From Octopus sinensis (lineage: Eukaryota): DNA of 64,000 nucleotides. A program made the position numbers and the translations under genes. The stretch is from positions 93,930,001-93,994,000 of the forward strand of contig NC_042997.1 in assembly GCF_006345805.1 (NCBI RefSeq). The letters run 5' to 3'. Of the stretch, positions 38,662 to 54,788 are shown piece after piece. The notes under the pieces were generated by a model. The model ran no database searches. It was not told the origin of the DNA and worked only from the letters and a program-made list of their open reading frames with translations. Position 1 is the stretch's first letter, and each line of letters begins with the position of its first letter.

Positions 38662-39050
38662 TTTTACTTGTTTCAGTCATTTGACTGCGCCCATGTTGGA
38701 GCGCCACCTTTAGTCGAGCAAATCGACCCCAGGACTTATTCTTTGCAAGCCTAGTACTTATTCTATCGGTCTCTTTTGCCGAACCGCTAAGTTACGGGGA
38801 CGTAAACACACCAGCATCGGTTGTCAAGCGATGTTGGGGGACAAACACAGACATACAAACACACACACACACACATATATATATACATATATACGACGGG
38901 CTTCTTTCAGTTTCCGCCTACCAAATCCACTCACAAGGCTTTGGTCGGCCCGAGGCTATAGCAGAAGACACTTTCCCAAGGTGTCACGCAGTGGGACTGA
39001 ACCCGGAACCATGTGGTTGGTAAGGAAGCTACTTACCACACAGCCATGGC
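38662..39050 (-). mobile_element. Full-length tRNA-derived SINE with CORE-like segment and internal (CA/TA)n
   Basis: Minus-strand head tggctgtgtggtaagtagc...ggttccgggttcagtcccactgcgtgacaccttgggaaagtgtc; tail gcgcagtcaaatgactgaaacaagtaaaag. Confidence 0.92.
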
Positions 39051-39282
39051 TTCTCCACTCTACCTAAAATATATACACAACATGATAAGCATATGACATC
39101 AGTCTCACTCACGCAATTCTCTAGACATAGCTGGACACTTTTACCAATCTTACATCAGTCATTTAGTAAGGATGGTTCCAAAACAAAACGGAATTAACGT
39201 CGTACGTACCAAATCAACAACTCCTATCAGCAACAGAAGAGAACATAAATATAATCCGCCATTATGCATGCGCACGTACACG

Positions 39283-39318
<36 letters not shown>

Positions 39319-39591
39319 CTCAAAATACACACAGAGAGAATGCAAAACTACCTGCTGTTACATGCAACCCACCCCGCATCATTCACAGGAGACAAAAATC
39401 ACACAATAAAGAAAGCAAAACCACGCGCAGACATGCTGAGGGTGTTCACAAGTACCATATTTGGTTAAGAAAAACGCCCCAAATTTCTGTAACTGTTGTT
39501 GTTGTTGTTGTTGTTTAAATTTCATTGACATTGTCGTGTCTATTACAATACAGCTAATCTATATGAATAACTTAAGAATTAAATAAGAGAA

Positions 39592-39694
<103 letters not shown>

Positions 39695-41279
39695 TTGTCT
39701 GTCTGTCTGTCTGACTGTCTGTCTATACGTATACATAGACAAATGTATGTATATATCATGTATATGTAAATATGCATTAGTGTATATGTGCACACACACA
39801 AACACATAAACACACACAAACCTACACACAAACGCAAACACACACATACACACAAACAAACACAACCACACACACACAAACACACAGACAGACACACACT
39901 CACACGTTTCAGTTTATTTGACCCCCGTCGATATAGTATACTTTAATTTACTTCTCCTAGATCAGATATTACGAGGCATTCAAGTAGCGTTCCTTTTAAG
40001 TTATGTTTCATGTCTCCCGTTGTTTTTGCTGTCAAAATTGTTCTGAAATCTCCTTTTCCCAATGTGACACATCATCTGCAGATCAGCTTAAACTATACTG
40101 GTGAGGTTAAGTATATTGTCTCACAAGTTGATAGCTATTTTCCATCCGAAAGTAAAAAAAAATGAGATCAGATTAAATTAATTTGAGAAGATATTTTTAA
40201 TTTCTCGAACTATTTTCCCATTCTCTCAGGCAATCACAAACGATTGCCTTTAGGTTTACATTTTCTATCTCGAATTCAAGGAGAAATTTCAGTAAATTAA
40301 ATATTTATTGTATATAGCATTCAGCACATCACCCTTTAAAGTAATTATTCAACTTCTCAGCATTAACCTCTTTGAGTTATTTCCGTTAGCTCTTTTATTT
40401 TTAATTATGCAAATTATGATTGGTTAAAAATATGCTTAACTCATTTTCTAATTTTAATAATGTGGTACCTCATCAGCAGACAAATTTAAATTCTACTATG
40501 CTGGGAGATGTTAACGGACCGATACATACGTCCATAGAAGTTTACTGGCTGCAAATAAAATTACGCTGTTCCTTCCCTAGAGGTCAACTAATTGCTTCAC
40601 CACATACCGAATTTAGAAATAGGAGTTCAAAATTCCTTTTCTACTACTGTAAGAATCTCCACGACAGGAACACATTTTTTTACTTTGGCAAAGAGAAAAA
40701 CAACGAATCAATACGACTCCGATTTTGAGTGTTTAAGTTATTTCTCTCTTCAGTGTAGCATTTCCAATTATAAAATTTGGAAGTGCTAGGGTTAAATATG
40801 CACACGATCAAGCGACATCGAGCAACAGATATCCAACCAACACTTCCAAAATTTACACAACCAAATGTGAATACACTATTCATCTCTTGTACCCACGTGT
40901 ATGTTACGAGCAGTACCGCAGAAAACTGCAGTATTCTATCATGGAGTAAATTATAATTTCAAATAAATAATAAATGGGTAAAATTATTTAATTAATCAAT
41001 CAATTAATTAATAATTTTACCAAATAGATCAGTACGTTAAAATAACCTTTATAGGTAAAATTATACAAATATTCTATAATTATAAATAAATATATATATC
41101 ATACAAGCAAATTATTTATACTTCCATATTTCTCCATTTTCTTTCAATATTAATTATATGTGTTACTATGATAATCCCTAACATATCGTCGAGACTTTCT
41201 CCTTATATGATAGTGATTAACCAGAGTGGAATCTTTTGGATTATATAATCCTTAATGTGGACCTAACATCCTCAAATTG

Positions 41280-41344
<65 letters not shown>

Positions 41345-41359
41345 CGTTCAGAGATTTAT

Positions 41360-41418
<59 letters not shown>

Positions 41419-41785
41419 TCATTTTAGCCATGCGGCTGCGGTCATGCAGGAGCATTTATGTATATGTATCATATTGTAGCATACACATACAGCCATGCAT
41501 TCTCTCTGTTGCGTGACACCCTGTTGAATGACCCATGTTCTTCATTTTAGTTTCATAATGACTCCACAGTTTCAAAATATCTTAAGTTCTCGTCAGATTT
41601 CGTTTAAATAGCGCACTGATGCTGAAGCGATGCGGCTTACAGATACACACAAATTAATTCACAAGCAGTGGAATAATTAGTTCTCTAACGTTTGAGAAAT
41701 TAACAAAACTCCAACGCAGGCACAAAATTACACACCTCGACATAGCAATGTTTTAAATTCTAATACTGTGTTGATGTGTTGGAAT

Positions 41786-41819
<34 letters not shown>

Positions 41820-41884
41820 CCCAAACGCACGTGTATGCACACTCACATGTATGTATGTGTATGAAATAATGAGAGACTGTGAAA

Positions 41885-41939
<55 letters not shown>

Positions 41940-42911
41940 AGGAAAGGAAAAACAGATTTGAGGAATTAACTGACCGATTAAATTTGTTTTTAAATCATTA
42001 GCATTAACGTTTCTGTTGCAAAAGTTTTTTTTTAATTACGAAAGAACTGATATTAGCCAACTTTTTAGATTTTATTTTTACCTTTGTTTATTACTGTTAT
42101 CAACTCTCACATCACATCCCGGTAGTCTTAGCTTCTGGAAATGTTATCTTAGCAGCAAAACGTCTACTGAGAGTCTTAAATCTTTTATAAAAGACTCTAT
42201 TGTATTGTATTTCTTTTTCTCCACAGATTACCATTGGTACTACTGAAGAGATCACTGTTAATTATCTTCTCCAATAGAAGCTTCCAATCAGACTAGATGT
42301 AAAATAAAATGAATTAAAACTAAAATAAGAACAAAATGAAAGTAAGAAAGAAATCTTATATCGATTATTTTTATTGTCTTTTGATGGTGCAATGAAATTG
42401 GAGAGAAGACAATAAAACGTTATACATACAGACGAGAAATAATCATGGTAAATCAGTGGATCTACAATAAAACGTAGATATATAGAAAATGTATTGAGGA
42501 ATAAATAAAATGTAACAATTAGTTCTAATATTTAGTAAATATTTTCCTTGCAACTTGATAAAAATTACACTGTTTACGTACACTATGTTATTAAGATCTG
42601 TACAAATGATATGTTCTTTCTTAGAATTTTCATTCAAAATTGGTGATTTATCGTCTAATCCGAATAATCATCTCTTTTCTTTTTTTGTTTACTTATATAC
42701 TGTTTGTTCTTAAGATTTGTCTGCTCAAGGATTTTCATTCAAAATCTCTGATTTGTTGTCAGCCCTCATGAAGTCATTTGTTGACCGTTTTTCAGCTTCT
42801 CTTGTAAGAAATATAATTCACAGCAATACCTCAATACAATTCTCTACAATGAACTAACGCTTGGTTATTCATCAACTGATATTTTGTGTAAAGAGATGTA
42901 TATTCATATTT

Positions 42912-43147
42912 AAGGCGACGAGCTGGCAGAAATGTTAGCACGTCGGGGGAAATGCTTAGCAGTATTTCGTCTGCCGTTACGTTCTGAGTTCAAATTCCGC
43001 CGAGGTCGACTTTGCCTTTCATCCTTTCGGGGTCGATAAATTAAGTACCAGTTACGCACTGGGGTCCGATGTAATTGACTTAATCTCTTTGTCTGTCCTT
43101 GTTTGTCCCCTCTATGTTTAGCCCCTTGTGGGCAATAACGAAATAAA
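42912..43147 (+). mobile_element. Meta-type SINE, tail class B, 16-bp TSD
   Basis: TSD atgtatattcatattt at 42896-42911 and 43148-43163. Confidence 0.95.
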
Positions 43148-43369
43148 ATGTATATTCATATTTGGGGTCTAATGAAAAAAAGATCTGCACCATATCGCTC
43201 TGAATTCAAATCTCGTTGAATTCAGATTAAAACTTTGCATTTGATCTCCCACAGTACAATAAAATAAAGTATTGGTCTACTGCTGGACTAGATTTATTCC
43301 TACGATGCATCCTGTGGTGGAATACTGCTCATTTACGTGTTTCAGTCACTGGATTGTGATTGTACTGGG

Positions 43370-43670
43370 GCATCCCTTTGAACGGTTTACTCGAATCCAT
43401 ACTTATTCCTTGAAAGTTGGTACATATTCTATCGTGCACGTTTGCTGAACTGATAAGTTACAGGGACGCAAACAAACCATCAAGTATTGGTGGAACAACC
43501 ACAAAGACACGTACACATATATACATATACACACAAATACACACTCACTCACACATACACATGTATAGGAGAGGGATTCCACACAGTTATCGTTTCTCGA
43601 ATTCACTCATACGATATTAGTTGATCCGAGCTATAGTAGAATACACTTTCTCGCGTGTACCGAGCAGTAG
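43370..43670 (-). mobile_element. Decayed copy of the 38662 SINE family
   Basis: gttacagggacgcaaacaaacc, cactcatacgatattagttgatccgagctatagtagaatacac. Confidence 0.6.
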
Positions 43671-44434
43671 GACTAAAACTAAAATTACGTGATTTCGAAA
43701 CGAACTTCGAAGCATAGAGACTTACTTAAAGATTTGAGAGAAAAAATGAAGTTGATCAGTGTTATGACGAAATGTTTTACAAGGGTGAAGGCCAGGCAAC
43801 GATAAGGATCACCGATTCTAACTTCTATTTCTTAACTGATGGAAATAAGCCTGTAATAGAAAGAATTTATCGAGTAGAAAAGAAGAGCAATGCTCATAGC
43901 TTTTGTAAACCTAATCAGACTGATACGGTACGTATGGTGAATAGATACCTCGAATTTCTGTAGGACGATATCACAAAAAATGTGGTTAGGAAGAGCATAA
44001 GACAATGTGGGGGTCAGTGAAAAGAGAGAGAGAGAGAGAGAGGGGGGTGAGTGAAAGAGAGAGAGAGAGGGGGAGTGAAAGAGAGAGAAAGAGTGAGGGG
44101 TTGATAGGTAAATAAATAGATAGAAAGAGATATAATAACCAAACTTCTAGATTAATGATTACTGGGCAATGGATATTCTAGCAGTAGCAGAGACAAAATG
44201 TTAGCGATTATTGTGTTCATAAGTCTTTGTTGATCAGCCAAATAGTTATCATTAGGATGAATACTAGGTTGTTTGAAGCAATGTCTGATATATGTGAACA
44301 ATAGTCTAGTTCTAATTGGTCTTCGTAAAGAGTCACCAACAAACTGACTAGTGGAGTAATTTCTAACCCCGAAGAGAAAGTTTTAACTATCGCAGTATGA
44401 AGCATATAGGATGTGTTATATATATATAACTTGT

Positions 44435-44760
44435 TTCAGTCGTGTGACTACGGATACTGCTTTGAAGAATTCTTAGGCGAATGAATCGATCCCAGTACAT
44501 TTTTAAAGCCTGGTACTTATTCTATAGGTCTGTTTTTCCGAACCACTAGGTTACGGGGACGTAAACAAACTAACACCGGTTGCCAAGAGGTGGTCGGGGA
44601 CAAACACAGACACGAAGACACACATAGATATATATATATACGGCGCACTTCTTTCAGTTTCCGTCTACCAAATCCAAATCCACACAAGGCTTTGGTCGGC
44701 CCGAGGCTATAGTAGAAGACACTTGCCTAAAGTGACACGCCTTGAGACAGAAACCGGAAT
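44435..44760 (-). mobile_element. Copy of the 38662 SINE family, 5' truncated
   Basis: ttgtttcagtcgtgtgactacgg...gttacggggacgtaaac...ggctttggtcggcccgaggctatagtagaagacacttgcc. Confidence 0.85.
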
Positions 44761-46585
44761 CCCTTACATAGTACATAAATGACAACCATATTGCATAAAT
44801 GAGAAAAGTTTACACAGAATTTAAATAGTATATCCTTTATGAAGTAGTTTCGATCAAATAATATTTGTTGTCTTGTTCAATTGATCTTCAATTGGGGGAT
44901 ATTCTAATCCCTTTTAAGAAGGATCTTTTAACGTAAATAGAAATTGTGGTCATTAACTAAAATATATAGAATGCGAGTTTAATGATATGTTGCTAACGAC
45001 AACTGAGAATATTTTCCACTGCAGATATATTATTTATAATCGCTCGAGTGTATAGCTGCATATAATTGCAGAATCTAACACCTTCAACCTCTAAGACTAG
45101 CTTTCTAGAACACATCTACGCCAACACATTCCTAACATTAACGTAAGTCAGTAACATTGATACATTTTTAAGAGAAAATGTCAAATCACACCGCTAAGTG
45201 CGACTACTTCTCTTGCGCTCTTTCTCTGTTGTACTCTTTCTCTCTGTCCATCTCTTCGCAATCTATTTTAAACAGAAACAACGTGATCTCGAAAAAGTCG
45301 CACCGAGTCTATTCGAAATGATATTTGTATTATTAACGCTCATTATACACTCAGCACATTGCAATAATTCAATGAAGCGATACTAGATTTAAAATTCTGT
45401 ACGCAGCAGCGGTTCGATGGACACATTGAACTAGCAATTATAGCAGCCTGTTGAATATATAAGCAGAGAAAATTTACACCGACAGTTGATACGATCTCCT
45501 ACTAGCTTTTAGTATAAATAACAAATAAATGATAGTAATATCTGGATTAACAGAACAGCAGAAGCCTGAACTGGATGCAGCAAAGAAAATCTAGTTCGGT
45601 TCCTTATTTATATTATTCCAAAACTGTCTGTTGTCGATGTATTAAGAACCTATAATATACCAGGGTTAACTTGATCAATTATATACATATTCTGAATATA
45701 AAAATATCATTGAGTATCAGATATTTTGTCACTCTTTTTTGGTTTCAATTAATGCTGGGGCAACACTTTCAAGGGTATTTGTAAAACATATCGATCCCAA
45801 TACATTAGTATTTAATTTATCGATCTAGGTGTGAGGAAAGGTAAAGTCAACTTGAGCGTAAAGGGATGGGATGAAAACGTAAAGAGACTTAACTAAATAC
45901 TGCAATGTTTTTTTGTTCGACGTGCAGATTCTGTCAATGCTTTCATTAAATCGAAGCAAAAAATAAAAGAAGTAATTTATTCCATCAACGTGTCATGCAG
46001 AAGGATCGAACTTCATACTTTTTAAGCATTCAGTCACGGTTGCACATCGTACATCATCTATATAACACTTCTGAAAAATTTTAAGGATATTGGAATTGGG
46101 GTTGTTATCGATTTCACAGAGGAGGACAATATGATTGATGGTTTGTAGGTCTTGACGTGTAGATCTGACTTCAAATATTGTTGATTGCAATCGATTTTGA
46201 CTTTTATTCAACCAGGGTCGATCAAATGCCTATCAATAATATATTAGGAATCAATTCACTCGTCTTTTATCGCTTCTATTCAATTGTGAGAACTAATACA
46301 GAAATGATGAAATCCACTTTTCGCTTTTAAAGGAGATTTCTGTGTAAGTAAAAAAAATAATAAATCAATGTCATAGCATTCAAAGTTCCAATATGCAAGG
46401 AAAAATTTATTTTAAGTTTGAAAGCTGAAACTCAGCTTACAGTTGGCGTTACCACCAGCCAGAAGATTAAACTCAGATAAATTGACCATTACGTTTAGAA
46501 ACTTATAAAAGTATAAAATATTTTCCCATTGCAAATGTTAAAACTCATATCTTGGACAATATACCTTGTGCCTATAGTAGAAAGG

Positions 46586-48950
<2,365 letters not shown>

Positions 48951-49080
48951 TTGTTTTTCTTTGACTTTTAACCCTTAGAGTTTGCACAGCGATACAGGCT
49001 GGTCAGTATATAAGGTCATTTAGACTGTTACACTTTCGATGTAGATTTTCGTTAATAATTCATCTTTTTCACTACTTTAA

Positions 49081-49137
<57 letters not shown>

Positions 49138-49177
49138 CATAATAATAATGATGATGATGACGACGACGACGATGACG

Positions 49178-49216
<39 letters not shown>

Positions 49217-49219
49217 ATC

Positions 49220-49620
49220 AAGGCAACAAGCTGGCACAATCGTTAGCACGCCGGGCGAAATGCTTAGCGGTATTTCGTCTGCCGTTACGTTCTGAGTTCA
49301 AATTCCGCCGAGGTCGACTGTGCCTTTCATCCTTTCGGGGTCGATTAAATAAGTATCAGTTACGTACTGGGGTCAATATAATCGACTTAATCTGTTTGTC
49401 TGTCCTTGTTTGTCCTCTCTGCGTTTAGCCCCTTGCGGGTAGTAAAGAAATAGGTATTTCGTCTGCCGCTACGTTTTGAGTTCAAATTCCGCCGAGGTCG
49501 ACTTTGCCTTTCATCCTTTCGGGGTCGATAAATTAAGTACCAGCTGAACCCTGGGGTCCAAATAATCAACTCATCCCCTCTCCAAAAATTGCTACCCTTG
49601 TGGCAAAATTTGAATCTATT
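49220..49620 (+). mobile_element. Nested/tandem Meta-type SINEs: tail-B copy (to 49452) followed by a headless tail-A body starting at 49453
   Basis: ggtatttcgtctgccg occurs at 49269 and again at 49453, right after ...aaagaaata. Confidence 0.9.
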
Positions 49621-49759
49621 ATTATAATAATTATTATTATAAATTCTGGAGGATTTTTGGTCCAGTACCCATGAATATTTCCAAAAATCGCTAGTCTGGA
49701 GCTGGACATCGTCAGTTGGAGATAAATTCTACAAGTATGGTAGTGTCGGCACTGGGGTC

Positions 49760-49970
49760 TAAAGCAGCAAGGTGGCACAATCATTAGCTCAGCAGAGAAA
49801 AAAATACTCAGTAGCATTTCTTATGTCTTTAAGCAGAGTTCAAATTCCGCCGAGGTTGAATTTGCCTTTCACCATTTCGGGGTCGATAAAATAAGCACTG
49901 GTTGAGTTCTGTGGACTATCCTCCTCCCACCAAAATTTCAAACCTTGTGATTATAGTAGAAAGGATTATT
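49760..49970 (+). mobile_element. Decayed Meta-type SINE, tail class A
   Basis: gagttcaaattccgccgaggttgaatttgcctttcaccatttcggggtcgataaaa...aaccttgtgattatagtagaaaggattatt. Confidence 0.8.
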
Positions 49971-50080
49971 AGCGTATATTAGAAAACTGATAATACGAAA
50001 TAAGTTAGGATTAGCATAATACATTATGAAGCTATTGCGATTTTCGCTACAACGAGTCAATTTTGGTATTAATTCCACTC

Positions 50081-50314
50081 TAAGGCGGCGCGCTGGTAGA
50101 AACGTTGGCACGCCGGGCGAAATGCTTAGCGGTATTTCGTCTGCCGCTACGTTCTGAGTTCAAATTCCGCCGAGGTCAACTTTGTCTTTCATCCTTTCGG
50201 GGTCGTTTAAATAAGTACCAGTTACGCACTGGGGTCGATATAATCGACTTAATCCGTTTGTCTGTCCTTGTTTGTCTCCACTGTGTGTAGCCCCTTGTAG
50301 GCAATAAAGAAATA
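50081..50314 (+). mobile_element. Meta-type SINE, tail class B, 16-bp TSD
   Basis: TSD ggtattaattccactc at 50065-50080 and 50315-50330. Confidence 0.95.
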
Positions 50315-50786
50315 GGTATTAATTCCACTCCACGATATACAGTGACTATTATTAAAGTACAGCTGTCATGTGAAAATTCAAACCTTATGATTCAGCGAGT
50401 TACTTAACTTTTGATCAAGTCTATAAGTAATTGTAATGTCAGTTAAAGTAGTGGTGAAGTAGCTCACCGTTAGATTATCGGATTTTCTGAGAGTGTTGAA
50501 TTCGTGTCATGCTTACAAATTTGTGGTTTACTGTTATGAATTGCGAAACTTTAAACATTCTCAACACTTGGGGAAAATATCCCATTGGTTCTCGGCATAT
50601 ACTTATCAATAGACCTGTCATTAAGATGGTTCTGAATAAATATGATTCAGGCAATGCATAACAAAGACATTAAAGTAACTGATAGACATCTTTTGCCATG
50701 AGATATTTCTTCATCGTTTAAGTACATATGTACACACACGCATATATTAACACATGTATACATAGAAGATACATATACATACAAAT

Positions 50787-51021
50787 GTTAAAGGTGGCGA
50801 GCTGGCAGAAACGTTCGCACGCCGGGCGAAATGCGTAGCCGTATTTCGTCTGCCGTTACGTTCTGAGTTCAAATTCCGCCGAGGTCGACTTTGCCTTTCA
50901 TCCTTTCGGGGTCGATAAATTAAGTACCAGTTACGCACTGGAGTCGAGTAATCGACTTAATCCGTTTTTCTGTCCTTGTTTGTCCCCTCTGTGTTTAGTC
51001 TCTTGTGGGTAGTAAAGAAAT
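50787..51021 (+). mobile_element. Meta-type SINE, tail class B, 14-bp TSD
   Basis: TSD atatacatacaaat at 50773-50786 and 51022-51035. Confidence 0.95.
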
Positions 51022-51279
51022 ATATACATACAAATATTCTTTTAATCTGATTCAATGGTATAGTCTATTTGTTTGCATGACCAAAAAGAAATAGCAATCA
51101 AATTGCTGTCAAATCTGACCATTCAGCTCCATGCATTAGTTAATATCATCCTATGGATCCCTTAAAAATACGGGATGTCCTACTTGATTATGCCTTTGAT
51201 CATACGAGGATTGCTTGATCAGGATTGATCTCTTGTTAAACAACTTTCGGTATAGCATTTTAATGTTAATTCTTACCTG

Positions 51280-51343
<64 letters not shown>

Positions 51344-52242
51344 ATGAGTAAAGAGAACTCTATATGTATATTTGTATACCATTTAGCTGTGGGGGTAAAG
51401 CAAAAATAAGCAGAACGAAAAAACAGGAAAAAAAGAAATACAGAAGGAGAGAGGAAGGGAGATAGAGAAGGGGAGAAAGAAACAGAAAAGTGAGTGAAAG
51501 AGGGAGAAGGAGTGTGTGTCTGCGTGTGCGTGAGAGAGAGAATGAGAAAAATAAAGAGGAGGAAGAGAGAGATTCGAAATATACTTGACATTTATCCAGC
51601 AGCGAGCTACAACTTCTGAATTAATTCTTACTGCCAAAATTGCTGTCATTCTCTTCTTTTCTCCCCCTCTTTCTCAGTCTAGCATTTGTCTTTGGAAATG
51701 TCAAGAAGTAATGGCATTCTTTTGTGTAGATCAAACAAAAGAACAAAGAAGTAGCAAGAGGAAGCAGTATCTTTTCTCATGAACAAGATGTTAGCTTCCC
51801 GGAAAATAGTATTCGAGAGCAGGACAACTATAACTGTATGGAAATGAACAAAGCGAGGTGTGTTCATTATTATAACGACAAATAGCACATGCTACTTATT
51901 GAAATAAACAAAAAAGTTCACGGAAATCAAATATGTCAATTTTAATCCCAATCCTTGAATAAACTCATTATGTCCGTGTGTAGCGCCTAGAATCCGAGAA
52001 TTACCATAGTGTTATGCAACTAGCAAGTGTTGCAGCTGACTGAGCTATAAACTTACTTGAAAAAGCGGTTGATTAAATAATGATATAATTATTACTAATT
52101 CATAATTGTGCAAGTAGCATAGAACAAATGCGTTAATTAATTCTCTATACGCGTATATATTTAGCTCTTCTTTAAAAATAACTTCAGAGTAAAAACACCC
52201 TGGAGATACTGGAAGAGAGATAGAAAATGTGGGAGGCGGTGA

Positions 52243-52321
<79 letters not shown>

Positions 52322-52408
52322 CGCTAGAAGTACAGAGTAATATAGCTGGAGGTAGAAAGAGAGAGAAAGCATAAGAGAAGGCAAGAAAAGAAGAGCGAGA
52401 TAGAGAAA

Positions 52409-52487
<79 letters not shown>

Positions 52488-53519
52488 TATGTGCACAATA
52501 GATGAAGTATTGCAATTTCGAATTACTTGGGTCAATGGAATTAGAAGCAGGTTCACCGTAATGTGAACGTATATCAGAGTTCATGACAGAATTCAGTTTT
52601 TCACTCACTTTAGGAGGGAATTATCTAATATTTCGGGCACTTACTCTTCATCTGGGAGTGAGAAAGACAGAGGAAGTGGCGGTTATGATGTGGGCAAATA
52701 AATAGACTTGAAGTCGAAGGAATAATATTAGTGGGTGATACAGAGAGTAACGGAAGTGCTCTGACGTTGAAGGAAAAACGGTTAGGAATTTGGGATAAGA
52801 GGTGATTGAAGGGAGAAGGAGCACAGATAAGAATAGCCAATGAAGCTAGATAAAAAGAGATGGCGTTCAAGCTAAGAGGCAGATTAGGACAACAACAACA
52901 GGCTGCCGGAGATAACGGCCAACCACACCTAGAAATGTGATTTAAATTTATAGCACCCCATTGAATATTTTAAAATTCAGGGCGTCTGAATTATACAGTA
53001 AGTAGTAGAAGACATACGCACATATATGAGCTTTTATTATCCAATCAATTGGTAGACAAAAACTCCCTTTAGAGCTGTTCAAAAAACTTATAAAAATAAG
53101 CGAGATAAATGCCATAAGATCTGTTTAGTGAAATTTTTAGAAAATATACTCAATACAGATGGAAGTAGATCTGGTTTTAAAGCTAATAGGTGAAGGCAGC
53201 GGAGATGTTTTGGCGTTATTAAATACCCTTAAAGAAGTATATTCTGTTCACGTGGTCAGACAAAGAGTGATCAACACATACATACACGCACAGACACACA
53301 CACAAACACACACACACACGCACACACATATACATATAAACATATCGGAGCAGTTGGACAGTTTATGGCTATCACTAATGAGAACACAAGTACGTTGGCG
53401 TATACATACATGTATTCATATCTACATACTCCCGCAAGTACAATATAGATATGAAATTTTTCTTAAAAGAAAATAAAAACAGAATAGGGTTGAGAGTGGT
53501 GATGAAAACCTTTTCATAG

Positions 53520-54190
53520 AACATTGAGGTATATATTTATAACTTCCGGAGTTGAGACTCTCAGACTGAAGACAAGATTTCCCCCTTGGTACTATAGTAG
53601 TCAGTATGGGAGAACATCGGATGCCATGAAATAGTTAGTGAATTGGCCGGGAGAGTTAAAATGATAGGCAACGGGTTTAAGAATTTCTTGTGGGTTCTTA
53701 CGGACATCACGAGGTAGATTGTATTTAATATATAGCATAACGATATTCGCCATTCAGTGTTAGATACTTGACGCCGAATTTTGAACAATAATTTTGTACT
53801 ATATCATTCAGGAAAGAAGATGACTAAGGTGATGCTGACATGACTGTGTCACTTGAAAATGTCACTTCACAATTACATGTTCTACATCCGATAACGCAAG
53901 ACAGTACCTTGATCAAGTGCCTTTCACCATAACGTTGAGTTAGTCAAAGCGTTGAGAGAGCTGTTTTGTTAACGCAAAATGCGCTGAAGTCCGCCGGAGC
54001 GACTGGTTCTGTCTTTGAGTGGTAGACGTGATCTATCACCCGTGTTAGCACAGCCACATGGCCCTTGGGTGTCTTTTGTGGAGTTACTCCGTTGCAAGTA
54101 TTCAGGACAAGTATCCAGTCTGAGAATAACGTCTTTCCTTTGACTATCAATCTCAGAAGCATGTAAAGTATCATGGGCGCTGCCATTCAT
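53520..54190 (-). mobile_element. Decayed Penelope-like element (RT thumb, linker and GIY-YIG C-terminal part)
   Basis: Frame-hopping segments LHASEIDSQRKDVILRL, RLPL...GGLQRILR, QGT..SCVIGCRTC, LPRDVRKNPQEILKPVAYHFNSPG, NLVFSLRVSTPEVIN resemble PLE HLRDV..N....KPVA.HFN.P.H and FIFQLGTL.P.GIN. Confidence 0.7.
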
Positions 54191-54352
54191 CCTGAGACCA
54201 ACCTTTTAAAAGCAGTATAAACTTATTTACAACACTACGTATATGATGAGTCAGTGAAAGCTAGGAGTCCTGAATCTGGACTCATAAGTTGCACGATGAA
54301 CGTTATATGCATAATTGAACCCTCAGAAGACCAGCTAGTGTTCAATTTCTGT

Positions 54353-54788
54353 GATGTAACATTTATTTAATGTGAATTTATGAATTTTAATGAATGAACT
54401 TACATTTCACACGAAGACATCAGCTGAAATTATAATAACTTCTGTAAACCATATAACCAAACTAATCAAAATTTCGGATATTTAAATGTCACCCGTTATC
54501 AGCAAGTGTAATACCCTGTCTAATGCACCGAAACTTACTAATTATCTCATTAAAACTTCTTAACTATCAAGATGTACATTTATTTAATGTGAATTTAATG
54601 AATTTAATGAATGAACTTACATTTCACACGAAGACATCAGCTGAAATTATAATAACTTCTGTAAACCATATAACCAAACTAATCAAAATTTCGGATATTT
54701 AAATGTCACCCGTTATCAGCAAGTGTAATACCATGTCTAATGCACCGATAACTTACTAATTATCTCATTAAAACTTCTTAACTATCAA
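54353..54788 (+). repeat. Head-to-tail tandem duplication of a 218-bp unit
   Basis: Copies at 54353-54570 and 54571-54788. The differences are mostly 1-bp indels. Confidence 0.93.

Noticed and set aside
45993-46211. YIDD in an ORF as a possible RT active site
   Set aside because: No other RT motifs in the neighbouring frames.
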